This document shows positions 1 through 9,229 of a stretch of DNA of 62,836 nucleotides, piece by piece. Position 1 is the stretch's first letter; every line of letters starts with the position of its first letter. The stretch lies in IMG/VR virus record IMGVR_UViG_3300002026_000067, positions 1 to 62,836 of that record. The stretch is one strand, 5' to 3'. The position numbers and the translations under genes were made by a program. The stretch is from a virus (Duplodnaviria; Caudoviricetes). The notes under the pieces are model-generated. The model worked only from the letters and a program-made list of their open reading frames with translations. It did not search any database and was not told where the DNA came from.

Positions 1-119
1 TATGATCCTGCTGGACCAATTAATATTTTCGTATTAAATTTAACATCAGTTAGTTGTAATCTCCTAACGGAGTGCTGCGGCGATTTATGAATTTCATCTA
101 GAAACATTTTAAATCTCAT
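1..119 (-). CDS. 5' part of a gene running off the window (MRFKMFLDEIHKSPQHSVRRLQLTDVKFNTKILIGPAGS...), with a capsid-targeting-like N-terminus
   Basis: Manually translated. ATG at 119-117 overlaps the portal stop codon (TAATG) and the frame stays open to the window edge. Confidence 0.65.
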   Translation of the reverse strand, partial: MRFKMFLDEIHKSPQHSVRRLQLTDVKFNTKILIGPAGS

Positions 120-1765
120 TATGCTTCCTCTGCCGGTGCCTCATCAGGTACTTCTGGCGCTGCAGTTTCGGCTTCAGCATCATTACCCTCATCTGGTAAA
201 TCTAATCCAGTATCGTCTGAAGGTTCTTCACTTGGTACTTCACCTGCAGGAGCTTCATCTGCAGGAGCTTCAATTTTAATCGGCTCTCTATTTTCATAAA
301 CAGCAGGATCATAAATCTGTTGATCATCTGAAACCGTTCCAGTATCAATGATACCGCGTTCTTGTTTAACCAAAGCTTCATTCATTTGAATTTCATCTTC
401 AGTCAGACCTAAGTAACGTTTGAGGATAAACTTCTTCGATAGATACTTAATACCATCTGCAGAGTTGAAAGTATTAATCAAATCACCATCAAGTGCAGCT
501 TGTCTGTATAGAGCGAAGTTTTGTGGATCAGGTAACTTTAATTCGAATAAGTCTGGATCAACCTTAATACCAGTACTTGTTAAATAAACCTTAAATTGAT
601 CATCAAAGGTCTGTTCAATTTTAGTTTGAAGACGCTTAACAAAATTCGCAAAACGTAATTCTTCAATATATGCTATACCAACTTTACCATCATTAAATTG
701 AGCGCCTTGAGCATCCTGACCAGACATATAAGAGGTAGGAACTCGTAATCCACGGAATACTTTCTTTTGGAAGTAAAGTAGATCGGTATTCTCACCAAGG
801 TTTTCACCGCCTGGAAGAGTTTCAACGCGTGAACCGCGACCAGTACCGGTAACAGGGAAGAAGTAGTCTTCACTTGACGACATTGGATTGTAAGTGCTGT
901 CAGTAAAGTCACCTAATTGACCAGGTATTCTCTTCTGACGAATATCATTCTTTACTTGTTCAAGGTATGCTTTAACACGTTGAGCTGGCATATTACCAAC
1001 ATCGATATAGAATGCGCGGCGTTCTGGTGCACGCACAATACGATAAATGATAATTGAGTCTTCCAACATCATCATCTGACGGAATACACGATAAACCGGC
1101 TGCAGAATTGAATCGCCAAATGGCATGGAGTCACCCATTTCATCTGATAAGGTGAAGTGAATAATACCTTTGGCTGGAATTACATTAAATTCAGCTTTGC
1201 CAGTAGCTGCATTATTCAATGATTGCTTTCTAAGATGATAAGCAATCTTTTCGCCATTTTCATTTATCTCAATACCGATAACTGTCTTAGGATCAAGAAA
1301 TTCCCATCTCTTTAAATCAGAAGTCTTCTTAAAGAAACAATCACCATACTTAATTAGATGACGCGCAACTCTAAAGATTCTGTTATCAAAATCCTGAAGG
1401 TTTGCCCAATGTCTAACCGCAGCACGAAGTGTTGTGACTACTGTTTCAGATACTGACTGATCTTCTTCATTTTGGTAATCAATCATAAATGGTAAACCTG
1501 TTCTATCATCCTGAACAGCCATTTCTTCAGCAATCGTGTCTAATGCCCGTGACACATCAGTATCAGAATCCATACTGTCATATTGCATATATCGTTGCAT
1601 ACGACTAGTAGCACCCTTAATAACTTGGGTGTACCATGCATAATTCATCATTGATGGGAAAGGTGAATTAGCAGCACTACTAATAGAGTCTTGTGCTAAT
1701 GTGGTATATTCTTTTTTAGGAGTTTGTGGTGTTACAATTCTCCAATAATCAACCCAGTTAGAAAT
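119..1765 (-). CDS. gp20: Portal vertex protein (T4 gp20 family); probable start is ATT at 1765 rather than the ORF-track ATG at 1816
   Basis: Motifs IIIYRIVRAPERRAFYIDVGNMP, EDYFFP, VETLPGGENLG and ELRFANFVKRLQ, plus an acidic tail. SD GGAG (1776-1773) lies 7 nt before the in-frame ATT. Confidence 0.95.
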   Translation of the reverse strand: MSNWVDYWRIVTPQTPKKEYTTLAQDSISSAANSPFPSMMNYAWYTQVIKGATSRMQRYMQYDSMDSDTDVSRALDTIAEEMAVQDDRTGLPFMIDYQNEEDQSVSETVVTTLRAAVRHWANLQDFDNRIFRVARHLIKYGDCFFKKTSDLKRWEFLDPKTVIGIEINENGEKIAYHLRKQSLNNAATGKAEFNVIPAKGIIHFTLSDEMGDSMPFGDSILQPVYRVFRQMMMLEDSIIIYRIVRAPERRAFYIDVGNMPAQRVKAYLEQVKNDIRQKRIPGQLGDFTDSTYNPMSSSEDYFFPVTGTGRGSRVETLPGGENLGENTDLLYFQKKVFRGLRVPTSYMSGQDAQGAQFNDGKVGIAYIEELRFANFVKRLQTKIEQTFDDQFKVYLTSTGIKVDPDLFELKLPDPQNFALYRQAALDGDLINTFNSADGIKYLSKKFILKRYLGLTEDEIQMNEALVKQERGIIDTGTVSDDQQIYDPAVYENREPIKIEAPADEAPAGEVPSEEPSDDTGLDLPDEGNDAEAETAAPEVPDEAPAEEA

Positions 1766-1766
1766 T

Positions 1767-2495
1767 TTACTTCTCCAATCTTGTAAATTTGATACCACAA
1801 TATGTGTTAGTATCATATACTGCTGTTAATACCTCTTTGTAATTAAAGTTGAATTTTTTACATAAATGTCTAAGAGATATTCTATCTATTATTTCACCAT
1901 TCTGTAAAATTAAACTAAATTCCATTTTAGCTTTTACCCAATACTCTCGATTACTTTGTTTAAGTTTTTCACTACCAATATACTTTTTACCTAATTTAGC
2001 TGCTGATATTTTTCGTATTACTTCAATTGGTCTTTTGCATCCTGTCATCGTTTCACTTAATTTTTTACGTGATGCATCAGTCCACACCCTTTTACTAACA
2101 GCCTCACTAATTTTTTTCTTAGCTTCATCAGTATGGTGCTTACCATAAAATGGATGATCCTTACCACCTTTACATCCTTGGCCGCCTGCGTAGATATTAG
2201 TTAATGGTCCGTTACCATTAAAACCTATTTCAGAAATAATTTTTTCTTCAAAGTCGAATGCCTCTTTTGCTGTTTCAAAAAATGCAATTTTTTGAATAAT
2301 AGGTTCTAATCCTATTGCTCTTATTTTCTGTATCTTTTGTGTAAATGGATGAGTATCTTCTCTACTTAAATGCCGATAACACCGAGTACCTGAACCCTTA
2401 CCAATATAGAAAGGTTCATAATCGAATTTTGTAAAACTGTTCTCGTAAATGCCTGGCTTTCGAGGATCCAAATAAACATACACATAATAAAACAT
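1767..2495 (-). CDS. GIY-YIG-type homing endonuclease with NUMOD3 repeats
   Basis: YYVYVY..PFYIGKG..R and a downstream conserved E and N (LTN); NUMOD3-like HPFYGKHHTDEAKKKISEA and related repeats. Confidence 0.85.
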   Translation of the reverse strand: MFYYVYVYLDPRKPGIYENSFTKFDYEPFYIGKGSGTRCYRHLSREDTHPFTQKIQKIRAIGLEPIIQKIAFFETAKEAFDFEEKIISEIGFNGNGPLTNIYAGGQGCKGGKDHPFYGKHHTDEAKKKISEAVSKRVWTDASRKKLSETMTGCKRPIEVIRKISAAKLGKKYIGSEKLKQSNREYWVKAKMEFSLILQNGEIIDRISLRHLCKKFNFNYKEVLTAVYDTNTYCGIKFTRLEK

Positions 2496-2523
2496 AACAA
2501 TCCACTAAACTAATATTATGTCT

Positions 2524-2531
2524 TATTTATA
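2524..2531 (-). promoter_or_regulatory. T4-type late promoter TATAAATA upstream of the GIY-YIG gene
   Basis: Exact TATAAATA on the minus strand, 28 nt before the ATG; gp55 is encoded in this window. Confidence 0.7.
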
Positions 2532-2533
2532 GT

Positions 2534-2569
2534 CTAGTGAAATAAATCTAAATCTGTCCATGTCGCCAT
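2534..2569 (-). pseudogene. Mini-ORF MATWTDLDLFH*, probable orphaned original 5' end of the portal gene
   Basis: SD AAGGA 6 nt upstream; MATWTD aligns with the portal N-terminus (M)SNWVD. Confidence 0.5.
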
Positions 2570-2588
2570 TCATATTCCTTTATAGTTA

Positions 2589-5500
2589 CTACGCCATAGC
2601 TAACATTGTAGATTTTGAAGGAGCATAATTACCACTCTTCATTTGACGGAGTTGTTCTTTTTCCGCATCCTTAATTTCTACATTCAAGTCAACTAATTCA
2701 GTCATCTTAGTTAAAATTGATTGCAATATAGTTGCTGGATCAGCAGTGATTGATCCAGTAGGTGTTATCGTTGTTACCTTTGAAGCATCAGAACTACTTG
2801 CATTATCATTCTTTGATGTGTTATTTATAGCTGAACCCGATGACGTTTGCGGTCCTACCGGCGATTGTGGTTTTACTATGGATGCTTGAGCAGTAGCAAC
2901 TTCATTCACAAGACTTGAACCACTCAATGCATCAAATGTTGTTTTATGAAGTGTATCTAATGCAGCAACTGCTTCCTTAGTGGTGGATGTTGCATCTTTT
3001 GCAGCATCACGATTCTTTTTAGCAGCCTGTCTTTCAGCTTTTGAGTTTTCTAAATCAGTATCACGCGTTTTCTTAGCAATAGCATATTCTTTTTCTTTAT
3101 CATCAGCTAATGACGTCATACTATTTGATTCATCGAAGCCGAAAAAGCCTTTAACGGCACCTATAACTTTACCAATAATTTTTATTTTACCTAAGATATA
3201 ATTCTCAAATAAATCAGCAAAGAAATTGAATACTGAACTAAGTTTTTCACCTATCCAGCCGGCAGTATCATAAAGCCCTTTTGAGACATCCTCGGCAGAT
3301 AACAGACCTAATGTCAATCCACTTAGTACACCTCCTAAAGCTCCTGATATTTTTTGACCCATCGTAGGAGCATCAGTTGCAAAAGTTTCTCCTGCACTCA
3401 TCCAACCACCAGCAGCATCAAATACTCCATTAAGAATTGCTAATGGTAATGCTATTTTTCCTGCAATTGTTCCTAATTTACCAAACATACCACCAGCAGC
3501 ACCAATCATTTTGCTTAATCTGCCTTTAGGTTTTGCATTAGAAGCTTTAGGATGTCCAGCAGTAGTATGTGCATCTGTACCGATTGTTCCAGCTGCGTCT
3601 GCTAATTCACTAGGACTACCTCCACCAACAGTGCGACTGCCCGCTTTACCAGGTACATTTTTTGCTCTTTTACCACCAACTGCTATATTGATCTGACGCA
3701 ATATCGTATTGCCGTTTAAAATAGCTTTTTCAACTTTGTTACCTTCTGCAACGATGTGTTTAACCTGAGCATCTGTACCAGTAGTAATTGCCTCAGTTAC
3801 CTTAGGTAACTCTGCAGCCTGCACCTTAATCTCATTCAGTTTTGATCTTGCAAATAATGCTGAGCCAACTAATCCAGCAATGCCTATAACTATTTGAGCT
3901 AATGGATTACTTAAGACAACACCAAGAGCATCATTGGCTTTGGTTACTAAACCACCAATATCACTATTTGCATTATTCTTGTTCTCTTCTATCTGGGCTT
4001 GTGATATTCCGCGCTGGCCTTCTATAGCAAAACGTAGATCACGAGTTGCCATCATCAAATCTTTAGTTGCACTACCTAAACCTTCATCTAACGAATCTTT
4101 TAAATTCTCTGCTCCTAAACTACCACCTGCCATCATATCACCTTTTGCTGTTATCTGTGACATAATTTCTGATAGTCGAGCATTTTCTTCCTGTGTTCTG
4201 TTACGTTTACCTTTACGTGTAATCTGAGCAGCCTCAGCACCCTCGGCACCCATACCGACAAGAGCACCATATTGCTGAATTTTTGCGGCTTCTGTTAAAC
4301 GTGATTTAACCGTCTGGCCTAACAATGCTTCATTTGCAGTTATTAATCTCTTAGCTTGTTCATTTGATAGGCCGAGAGTTGTTAATCGCTGTTGCTCAGC
4401 CATGATATTAGATAAGATAGTTGAACGTTCAGAAATATTTACACGAGCCATCGACTCTTGAATATCTTTGTTTGATCCTAATTCTTCACGTAGACTATTG
4501 AATGCCTCTATCGTAATACCCGTTGTTTCATTTAATTTGAAAAATGAATTACGTTGTTCATCCAATGCACTCTTAAATTTAGGGTCGCCTACCTTTATAC
4601 CAAAGTCATTCAACGACTTTGTGGCAGCGACATTCATTTTCATATTATCTTCAGTGGACATGCCATGCTTACGTGCAGCATCAGCACCTTCAGACATAGC
4701 ATCAATAAAACCTGCTAAGCCAGTCTGACCCATCAACAGTTTATTTGCACCTACAATTTCACCCATTGCTTTAGCTGATACAAGTGTGCTAATGCTCATC
4801 CTATTAAGTGCTAATGTTGCTCCACCTAAACCTGTAGTACCTAATGCTTTAAACTGTTCGTAAAGACCTTTTAGACCGGTGGTTATTAATGCTACAGCAC
4901 CAGCGGTAGTTGCAAATGCTCCAGTTAATGAACCAATTTCATGACCAAATCCTGTAAAATGACCAACTTGCTCAGTTATTGATTTTCTAAAAGCCATAAA
5001 TGATGCTTTTCTACCAAGCATCATTGCAGTATTGGCTACAGTATCTTTAGCAACAACTGCGGCATGGTCGAGTTGTGCTAACGCATTTTTTCTAACTGCT
5101 TCATTGGTACTAAGCAAGTCACCTTCTAATCTATTAGACACTAACCCAAGTTTTTTGTATTCAGGAATTAACTGCTTGATAATATTAGTACTCTGCTTTG
5201 ACATATCTAAGTCTTCAAGCCGTTCTACATTAGCTTTTTCCATAGTAGCTTGTGCTAGTTTGGTAACCATGCTCAGATTTGCTAAATTGTTATTAAATTC
5301 GCGGGCTTTATTTGTATTAGTAGTGTCAAGAACATTTGATAGAATAGCATTACTTGACGTCATATTCTGAACGGTTTTATTAAGTTTTTTGGCAAAATCA
5401 TCAATCCCGTGATTTGACATATCCTTAAATGCACTAGAATTTTCAAGTAGTGCTCTCGATAATGCACTACTCTTCGTCAGCAGATTGTTTAACCCGAGCG

Positions 5501-5822
5501 TCGATTCAGATGCACCAAGTTGAAGATTTTTGAGTGATTTACCGATTGTTCTAGCCTGAATGGTCATTACACCAGTCATGGCCTTACCACTACTCTTTAA
5601 TCTGTCGGTAAAATCTTCTGCTGCATCAGTATGTTCTTGTAGTGAATCAGTATTTTCATCTAAAGCTTTGCTATTTTTATCTGTTGACTTTCCACTACTA
5701 CCGCCGCCAGGTGATGCAGATTTCTGAGCGCCATTGTTCATTTGACGCACTATTGTCTGCATTGAAGCAGTCATACTTCTTGTCAGTGAGTCTGAAAGAA
5801 GTTTTATTTGTTTTTCATCCAT
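2589..5822 (-). CDS. Tail tape-measure-like protein
   Basis: 1077 aa, Ala/Gly/Lys-rich and helical, with amphipathic GALGGVLSGLTLGL-type segments; adjacent to gp26/gp51-like genes; late promoter upstream. Confidence 0.65.
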   Translation of the reverse strand: MDEKQIKLLSDSLTRSMTASMQTIVRQMNNGAQKSASPGGGSSGKSTDKNSKALDENTDSLQEHTDAAEDFTDRLKSSGKAMTGVMTIQARTIGKSLKNLQLGASESTLGLNNLLTKSSALSRALLENSSAFKDMSNHGIDDFAKKLNKTVQNMTSSNAILSNVLDTTNTNKAREFNNNLANLSMVTKLAQATMEKANVERLEDLDMSKQSTNIIKQLIPEYKKLGLVSNRLEGDLLSTNEAVRKNALAQLDHAAVVAKDTVANTAMMLGRKASFMAFRKSITEQVGHFTGFGHEIGSLTGAFATTAGAVALITTGLKGLYEQFKALGTTGLGGATLALNRMSISTLVSAKAMGEIVGANKLLMGQTGLAGFIDAMSEGADAARKHGMSTEDNMKMNVAATKSLNDFGIKVGDPKFKSALDEQRNSFFKLNETTGITIEAFNSLREELGSNKDIQESMARVNISERSTILSNIMAEQQRLTTLGLSNEQAKRLITANEALLGQTVKSRLTEAAKIQQYGALVGMGAEGAEAAQITRKGKRNRTQEENARLSEIMSQITAKGDMMAGGSLGAENLKDSLDEGLGSATKDLMMATRDLRFAIEGQRGISQAQIEENKNNANSDIGGLVTKANDALGVVLSNPLAQIVIGIAGLVGSALFARSKLNEIKVQAAELPKVTEAITTGTDAQVKHIVAEGNKVEKAILNGNTILRQINIAVGGKRAKNVPGKAGSRTVGGGSPSELADAAGTIGTDAHTTAGHPKASNAKPKGRLSKMIGAAGGMFGKLGTIAGKIALPLAILNGVFDAAGGWMSAGETFATDAPTMGQKISGALGGVLSGLTLGLLSAEDVSKGLYDTAGWIGEKLSSVFNFFADLFENYILGKIKIIGKVIGAVKGFFGFDESNSMTSLADDKEKEYAIAKKTRDTDLENSKAERQAAKKNRDAAKDATSTTKEAVAALDTLHKTTFDALSGSSLVNEVATAQASIVKPQSPVGPQTSSGSAINNTSKNDNASSSDASKVTTITPTGSITADPATILQSILTKMTELVDLNVEIKDAEKEQLRQMKSGNYAPSKSTMLAMA

Positions 5823-5847
5823 GTGACGGATACCTTTGGTAGAAGAT

Positions 5848-5855
5848 TATAAATA
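5848..5855 (+). promoter_or_regulatory. Late promoter TATAAATA for the gp26-like gene
   Basis: Exact consensus in the divergent intergenic region. Confidence 0.7.
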
Positions 5856-5869
5856 GCATTGACATTGAT

Positions 5870-5877
5870 TATTTATA
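5870..5877 (-). promoter_or_regulatory. Late promoter TATAAATA for the tape-measure-like gene
   Basis: Exact consensus on the minus strand. Confidence 0.7.
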
Positions 5878-5924
5878 CTACCGACAAAATTTCGTTGGGC
5901 TCATATTCATACAGGAGAGACTTT

Positions 5925-6725
5925 ATGTCCGAAACAGTATCCCTCAATCCGCTATTAGCGAAAATTCAATTACCTGGACGCTCCTTTACTCTGCCGTCTG
6001 GTGCATATCTATACTCAAACAATGAAGTTAATGATGAAATCAAACGTAACAGCGGTGATGTGCACGTCCATGCGTTAACTGCAATTGATGAAATCAATAT
6101 GAAGAACCCAGATATGCTTTTTAATGGCAAATCTGTTGAGGCAGTTCTAACTTCCACTATTCACGGAATCAACAAACCACTTGAACTGTACGGTCGCGAT
6201 ATCGATGCACTTATGCTTTATATGCGCATTGTGACATACGGTCCACGTTATGAAATTTCTGCTCGTCATTACTGTGAGAATGGTAAAGAACACGAGTATG
6301 ATGTAGATTTAGAAGATGTGGTACGTCGCATTAGACGTTTGGATCCAACTATGGTCAATGATAGTTATAAGGTTGATTTAGAAAATGGTCAAACTGTTCA
6401 ACTTCGACCGACTCGATTCGTTGATGTTATCACGGCATTGCAGAGTATTGATCCAAAGAAGAAGATGACTGGTGAGGATGTTAAGGACGCCTTGTTTAAG
6501 AATCTGTCGCAGGTTATTGATAACGTAGATGGGATCAAAGATAGATTTATGATTGATGAATGGTTGAAGAAAGTACCAGTCACAATTATTAACGCTATTG
6601 CGGATGCTATTGATAAGTCAAATGATTGGGGTCCAGACTTTTCAGTTGAATTAACTTGCCATGACTGTGGTGAAACATTTAAGGCTGATCTACCGATCAA
6701 TCCCGTAAGTTTTTTCTCAGAATGA
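5925..6725 (+). CDS. Baseplate hub assembly protein, T4 gp26-like (tail assembly chaperone-like)
   Basis: LPSG..Y, DEI..K, D.D.L....R..TYG, a CHDC zinc motif and terminal NPVSFF. SD AGGAG precedes ATG 5925. Confidence 0.75.
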   Translation: MSETVSLNPLLAKIQLPGRSFTLPSGAYLYSNNEVNDEIKRNSGDVHVHALTAIDEINMKNPDMLFNGKSVEAVLTSTIHGINKPLELYGRDIDALMLYMRIVTYGPRYEISARHYCENGKEHEYDVDLEDVVRRIRRLDPTMVNDSYKVDLENGQTVQLRPTRFVDVITALQSIDPKKKMTGEDVKDALFKNLSQVIDNVDGIKDRFMIDEWLKKVPVTIINAIADAIDKSNDWGPDFSVELTCHDCGETFKADLPINPVSFFSE

Positions 6726-6949
6726 TCCGAAGGTCTGAGGATCTTTCAGAGGTAGGTAAGTTAATACAAGCTTTAGGAAAACAGACCCAAGATATCGTTA
6801 AAACGTGTTTAGAGATATCTTATTTTTCTAAAGGAAGTTGGTCATTCGATTCTGTAATGACATGGGCTCCAGCAGTTAGGCAAATGGCTGCAGAGTTAAT
6901 CAGTGAGCAATTGAAAATACAAGCTAAGAATCCACATATGCTATTTTAA
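6722..6949 (+). CDS. Small gp51-like baseplate hub assembly protein; possibly the -1 frameshift extension of the upstream gene
   Basis: Position after gp26, ATGA overlap, and the pattern YF.KGSWSFDSVMTWAP..R. Confidence 0.6.
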   Translation: MIRRSEDLSEVGKLIQALGKQTQDIVKTCLEISYFSKGSWSFDSVMTWAPAVRQMAAELISEQLKIQAKNPHMLF

Positions 6950-6952
6950 CCC

Positions 6953-6985
6953 AACAACAGAGCGCTTAAAGCGCTCTGTTGTTTT
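6953..6985. terminator. Bidirectional intrinsic terminator
   Basis: AACAACAGAGCGCT-TAA-AGCGCTCTGTTGTT hairpin between convergent genes. Confidence 0.8.
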
Positions 6986-6986
6986 A

Positions 6987-7259
6987 TTACTTTTGCTTCT
7001 TAACTTTAGATGCAGCCTTCTTCAATCGAAGGTAAACACCGCGAACAGTGTCTGTATCAACTGAAACAGAACCCATACCAACTTCACGGGTAAGAGCGTT
7101 GCCCTTTTCATCAAACATAATTTCACCGTCACGATCACGAACATAAGTGACAGGACGGTTATGCTTGTTTTCAGTGGTTGCTACTTCAGCAGTGATTCCT
7201 GCTTCAGCAGACATCTTCTTTGCTAACTTACGAAGCGACTTTGCGAGTTTTGCGCTCAT
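6987..7259 (-). CDS. Hypothetical basic protein
   Basis: 90-aa ORF with SD AAGGA and an ATGA overlap with the upstream gene. Confidence 0.7.
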   Translation of the reverse strand: MSAKLAKSLRKLAKKMSAEAGITAEVATTENKHNRPVTYVRDRDGEIMFDEKGNALTREVGMGSVSVDTDTVRGVYLRLKKAASKVKKQK

Positions 7260-7639
7260 TGTTTTTCCTTTCTAAGGCGTGGGCTGGTGAGATTGGTACT
7301 ACGGTAATCGGCGACTAATTCACCGTTAACTTGCATAAAGCGATTTTTCCTGCGAGCATTAAGATAATTCCTACCATACAGGTGTGCAGCAAATGAAGCG
7401 ACATCCCAATCACGTTCGATCCGTTGCGGACCACGGTAACCAAGTTGAGCATAGATTGGGCGTGGCTCAAGAGATGTATAAAACGTTTTGCAATTATTGG
7501 TTTCAGTAATAACTGAGGTTGCACGCAACTTAGTAACTTGAGTATTATCAACAACAACCTTAATAGTGCGGCATTTGTCGTTATACCAGTCTTCCATTGA
7601 ACCGACCAATACCTTTACAATAGCATAATCTTTTTTCAT
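7256..7639 (-). CDS. Hypothetical protein
   Basis: 127-aa ORF with SD AAGGAG. Confidence 0.7.
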   Translation of the reverse strand: MKKDYAIVKVLVGSMEDWYNDKCRTIKVVVDNTQVTKLRATSVITETNNCKTFYTSLEPRPIYAQLGYRGPQRIERDWDVASFAAHLYGRNYLNARRKNRFMQVNGELVADYRSTNLTSPRLRKEKQ

Positions 7640-7681
7640 TTTACATCTCCTTTTAACGTGAACGACCGCGTGAAACAGCCA

Positions 7682-7942
7682 TTAGATATTAAATGTTGGA
7701 TATACTTTAATAATCGTCTGAATATCCCATAACGAAAAATCTTTTGCATTTGAAAACTCAAACGCAAAAACACCAATTGACGTAGTAACAATCTGTGTGT
7801 TGTCATTAAACCATTTAAAAACCGGTGTTTCATTCATAAGTTCTGTTGTCACGGTTATGCCCGACTGACGTAAACCATGACATAAGATACCCATATAATC
7901 GATGCGGCCGTTTGTTACTGCTGTTACGAAACATGGAAACAT
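7682..7942 (-). CDS. Hypothetical protein (start MFPCFVTA)
   Basis: SD AAGGAG before ATG 7942; fits the operon tiling. Confidence 0.6.
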   Translation of the reverse strand: MFPCFVTAVTNGRIDYMGILCHGLRQSGITVTTELMNETPVFKWFNDNTQIVTTSIGVFAFEFSNAKDFSLWDIQTIIKVYPTFNI

Positions 7943-7958
7943 AGTAAGCTCCTTATTG

Positions 7959-8327
7959 TTAAACATTGAAATTGCCAATACGCAAATCTAACACAGGGAC
8001 ACCATTAACAAGTTTGGTGTCATTGATTTTTCTTGCACCGATGAATTTATCACCATACAGATTTTTTGCTGCGGATGTATTACCATTAACATGTAGCACC
8101 CGTTCCATGGTGTACGAGGTGTTAAATGGAGAAGCATATACCGAATTAATGCTCATACTATCAGTTTCACGGTTGTATTTCTTTTCAAATAGTAAAGCTT
8201 CTGCTCGTGTTGCGGCATCAAGACCGGTAACTACAGCCTGTTGAGTTACACAGCTACCGTTTTTTAAATCGGTAATATTACCACTCTTGATTGTAACTAA
8301 ATAATCGTTATCATCAATTTTACGCAT
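7959..8327 (-). CDS. Hypothetical protein
   Basis: 122-aa ORF with SD AAGGA. Confidence 0.7.
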   Translation of the reverse strand: MRKIDDNDYLVTIKSGNITDLKNGSCVTQQAVVTGLDAATRAEALLFEKKYNRETDSMSINSVYASPFNTSYTMERVLHVNGNTSAAKNLYGDKFIGARKINDTKLVNGVPVLDLRIGNFNV

Positions 8328-8383
8328 GTTATTTCCTTAAAAGTGTGTGTTCGTATAATACTAATTTAAAGCCGAGATAGAAA

Positions 8384-9229
8384 ATGTTTTTAACTAACAA
8401 ATACACCAACTTGTACAACAGCATTATCCAAAATTCAATACTACGAAATTGGACTTCTACAATAGCACCAGTTTATACAGAAATGCATCATATTATTCCT
8501 CGTTGTTGTGAAGGAACAAATGATTTATCTAATCTAGCCTGTTTAACAGCTAGAGAGCATTATTTGGTGCATCTGTTACTAACAAAAATGTTACACAAAA
8601 CAAATCCATTAATCAAAAAACTATACATGGCATACGACTTAATGTGTATGAGTTACAAGGACCCAAATCAACTTAAGTTTAGATACAAACCACGTACATC
8701 TATACTTTACTCACTAGCATCCAAATTATCAAGAGACTCTAAATTAGGCATTCCACGTAGTGATGAAACAAAAAGAAAAATTTCAGAAGCACTAAAAGCC
8801 CGTGATGACAATGGATGGACTGGTAGAAAACACTCTGATAAATCAAAGGAACAAATGTCTAAAGCAAAACTTGGTAGACCTGGTGCTAAACTTGGTACTA
8901 AATTATCAGATGAGGCTAGAAAAAATATTTCTGATGCTCATAAAGGTTTACCAGCATGGAATAAGGGAAAGAAATCATCAGCTGAAACGAGAGCTAAACT
9001 TTCTGCATCACATAAAGGTAAACAGTCAAACAATAAAGGTAAAACTCCATCTGAAGAAACACGAAAAAGAATTTCTGAAGGTCAAACAGGTTATATGTGG
9101 ATTCATAATGACTTATTACTTCATCAAACACGTATTAAACGAGGAATAATTTTACCTGAAGGTTATGAAATTGGTAAATTATCACATAACCTTCAACTAC
9201 TTCGTAAATTACCGGCTGCGACCACGTGA
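8384..9229 (+). CDS. HNH homing endonuclease with multiple NUMOD3 repeats
   Basis: EMHHIIPR..EGTND..NL..LTAREHYLVH motif and about five S.ETK.KISE-type repeats. Confidence 0.88.
   Translation: MFLTNKYTNLYNSIIQNSILRNWTSTIAPVYTEMHHIIPRCCEGTNDLSNLACLTAREHYLVHLLLTKMLHKTNPLIKKLYMAYDLMCMSYKDPNQLKFRYKPRTSILYSLASKLSRDSKLGIPRSDETKRKISEALKARDDNGWTGRKHSDKSKEQMSKAKLGRPGAKLGTKLSDEARKNISDAHKGLPAWNKGKKSSAETRAKLSASHKGKQSNNKGKTPSEETRKRISEGQTGYMWIHNDLLLHQTRIKRGIILPEGYEIGKLSHNLQLLRKLPAATT

Noticed and set aside
1767-2560. Group I intron or translational bypass in the portal gene
   Set aside because: Only about 60 nt of non-coding flank, no recognisable P3/P7 core, and a gap of about 790 nt, far longer than the known gene 60 hop. 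RT-PCR would be needed to exclude it formally.
2980-5842. Plus-strand ORFs antisense to the tape-measure-like gene, and similar shadow ORFs throughout the window
   Set aside because: Fully overlap long recognisable genes, lack RBSs and have shadow-frame composition.
7636-7833. 65-aa alternative ORF
   Set aside because: Overlaps 7682-7942, which has a clear SD; no RBS of its own.
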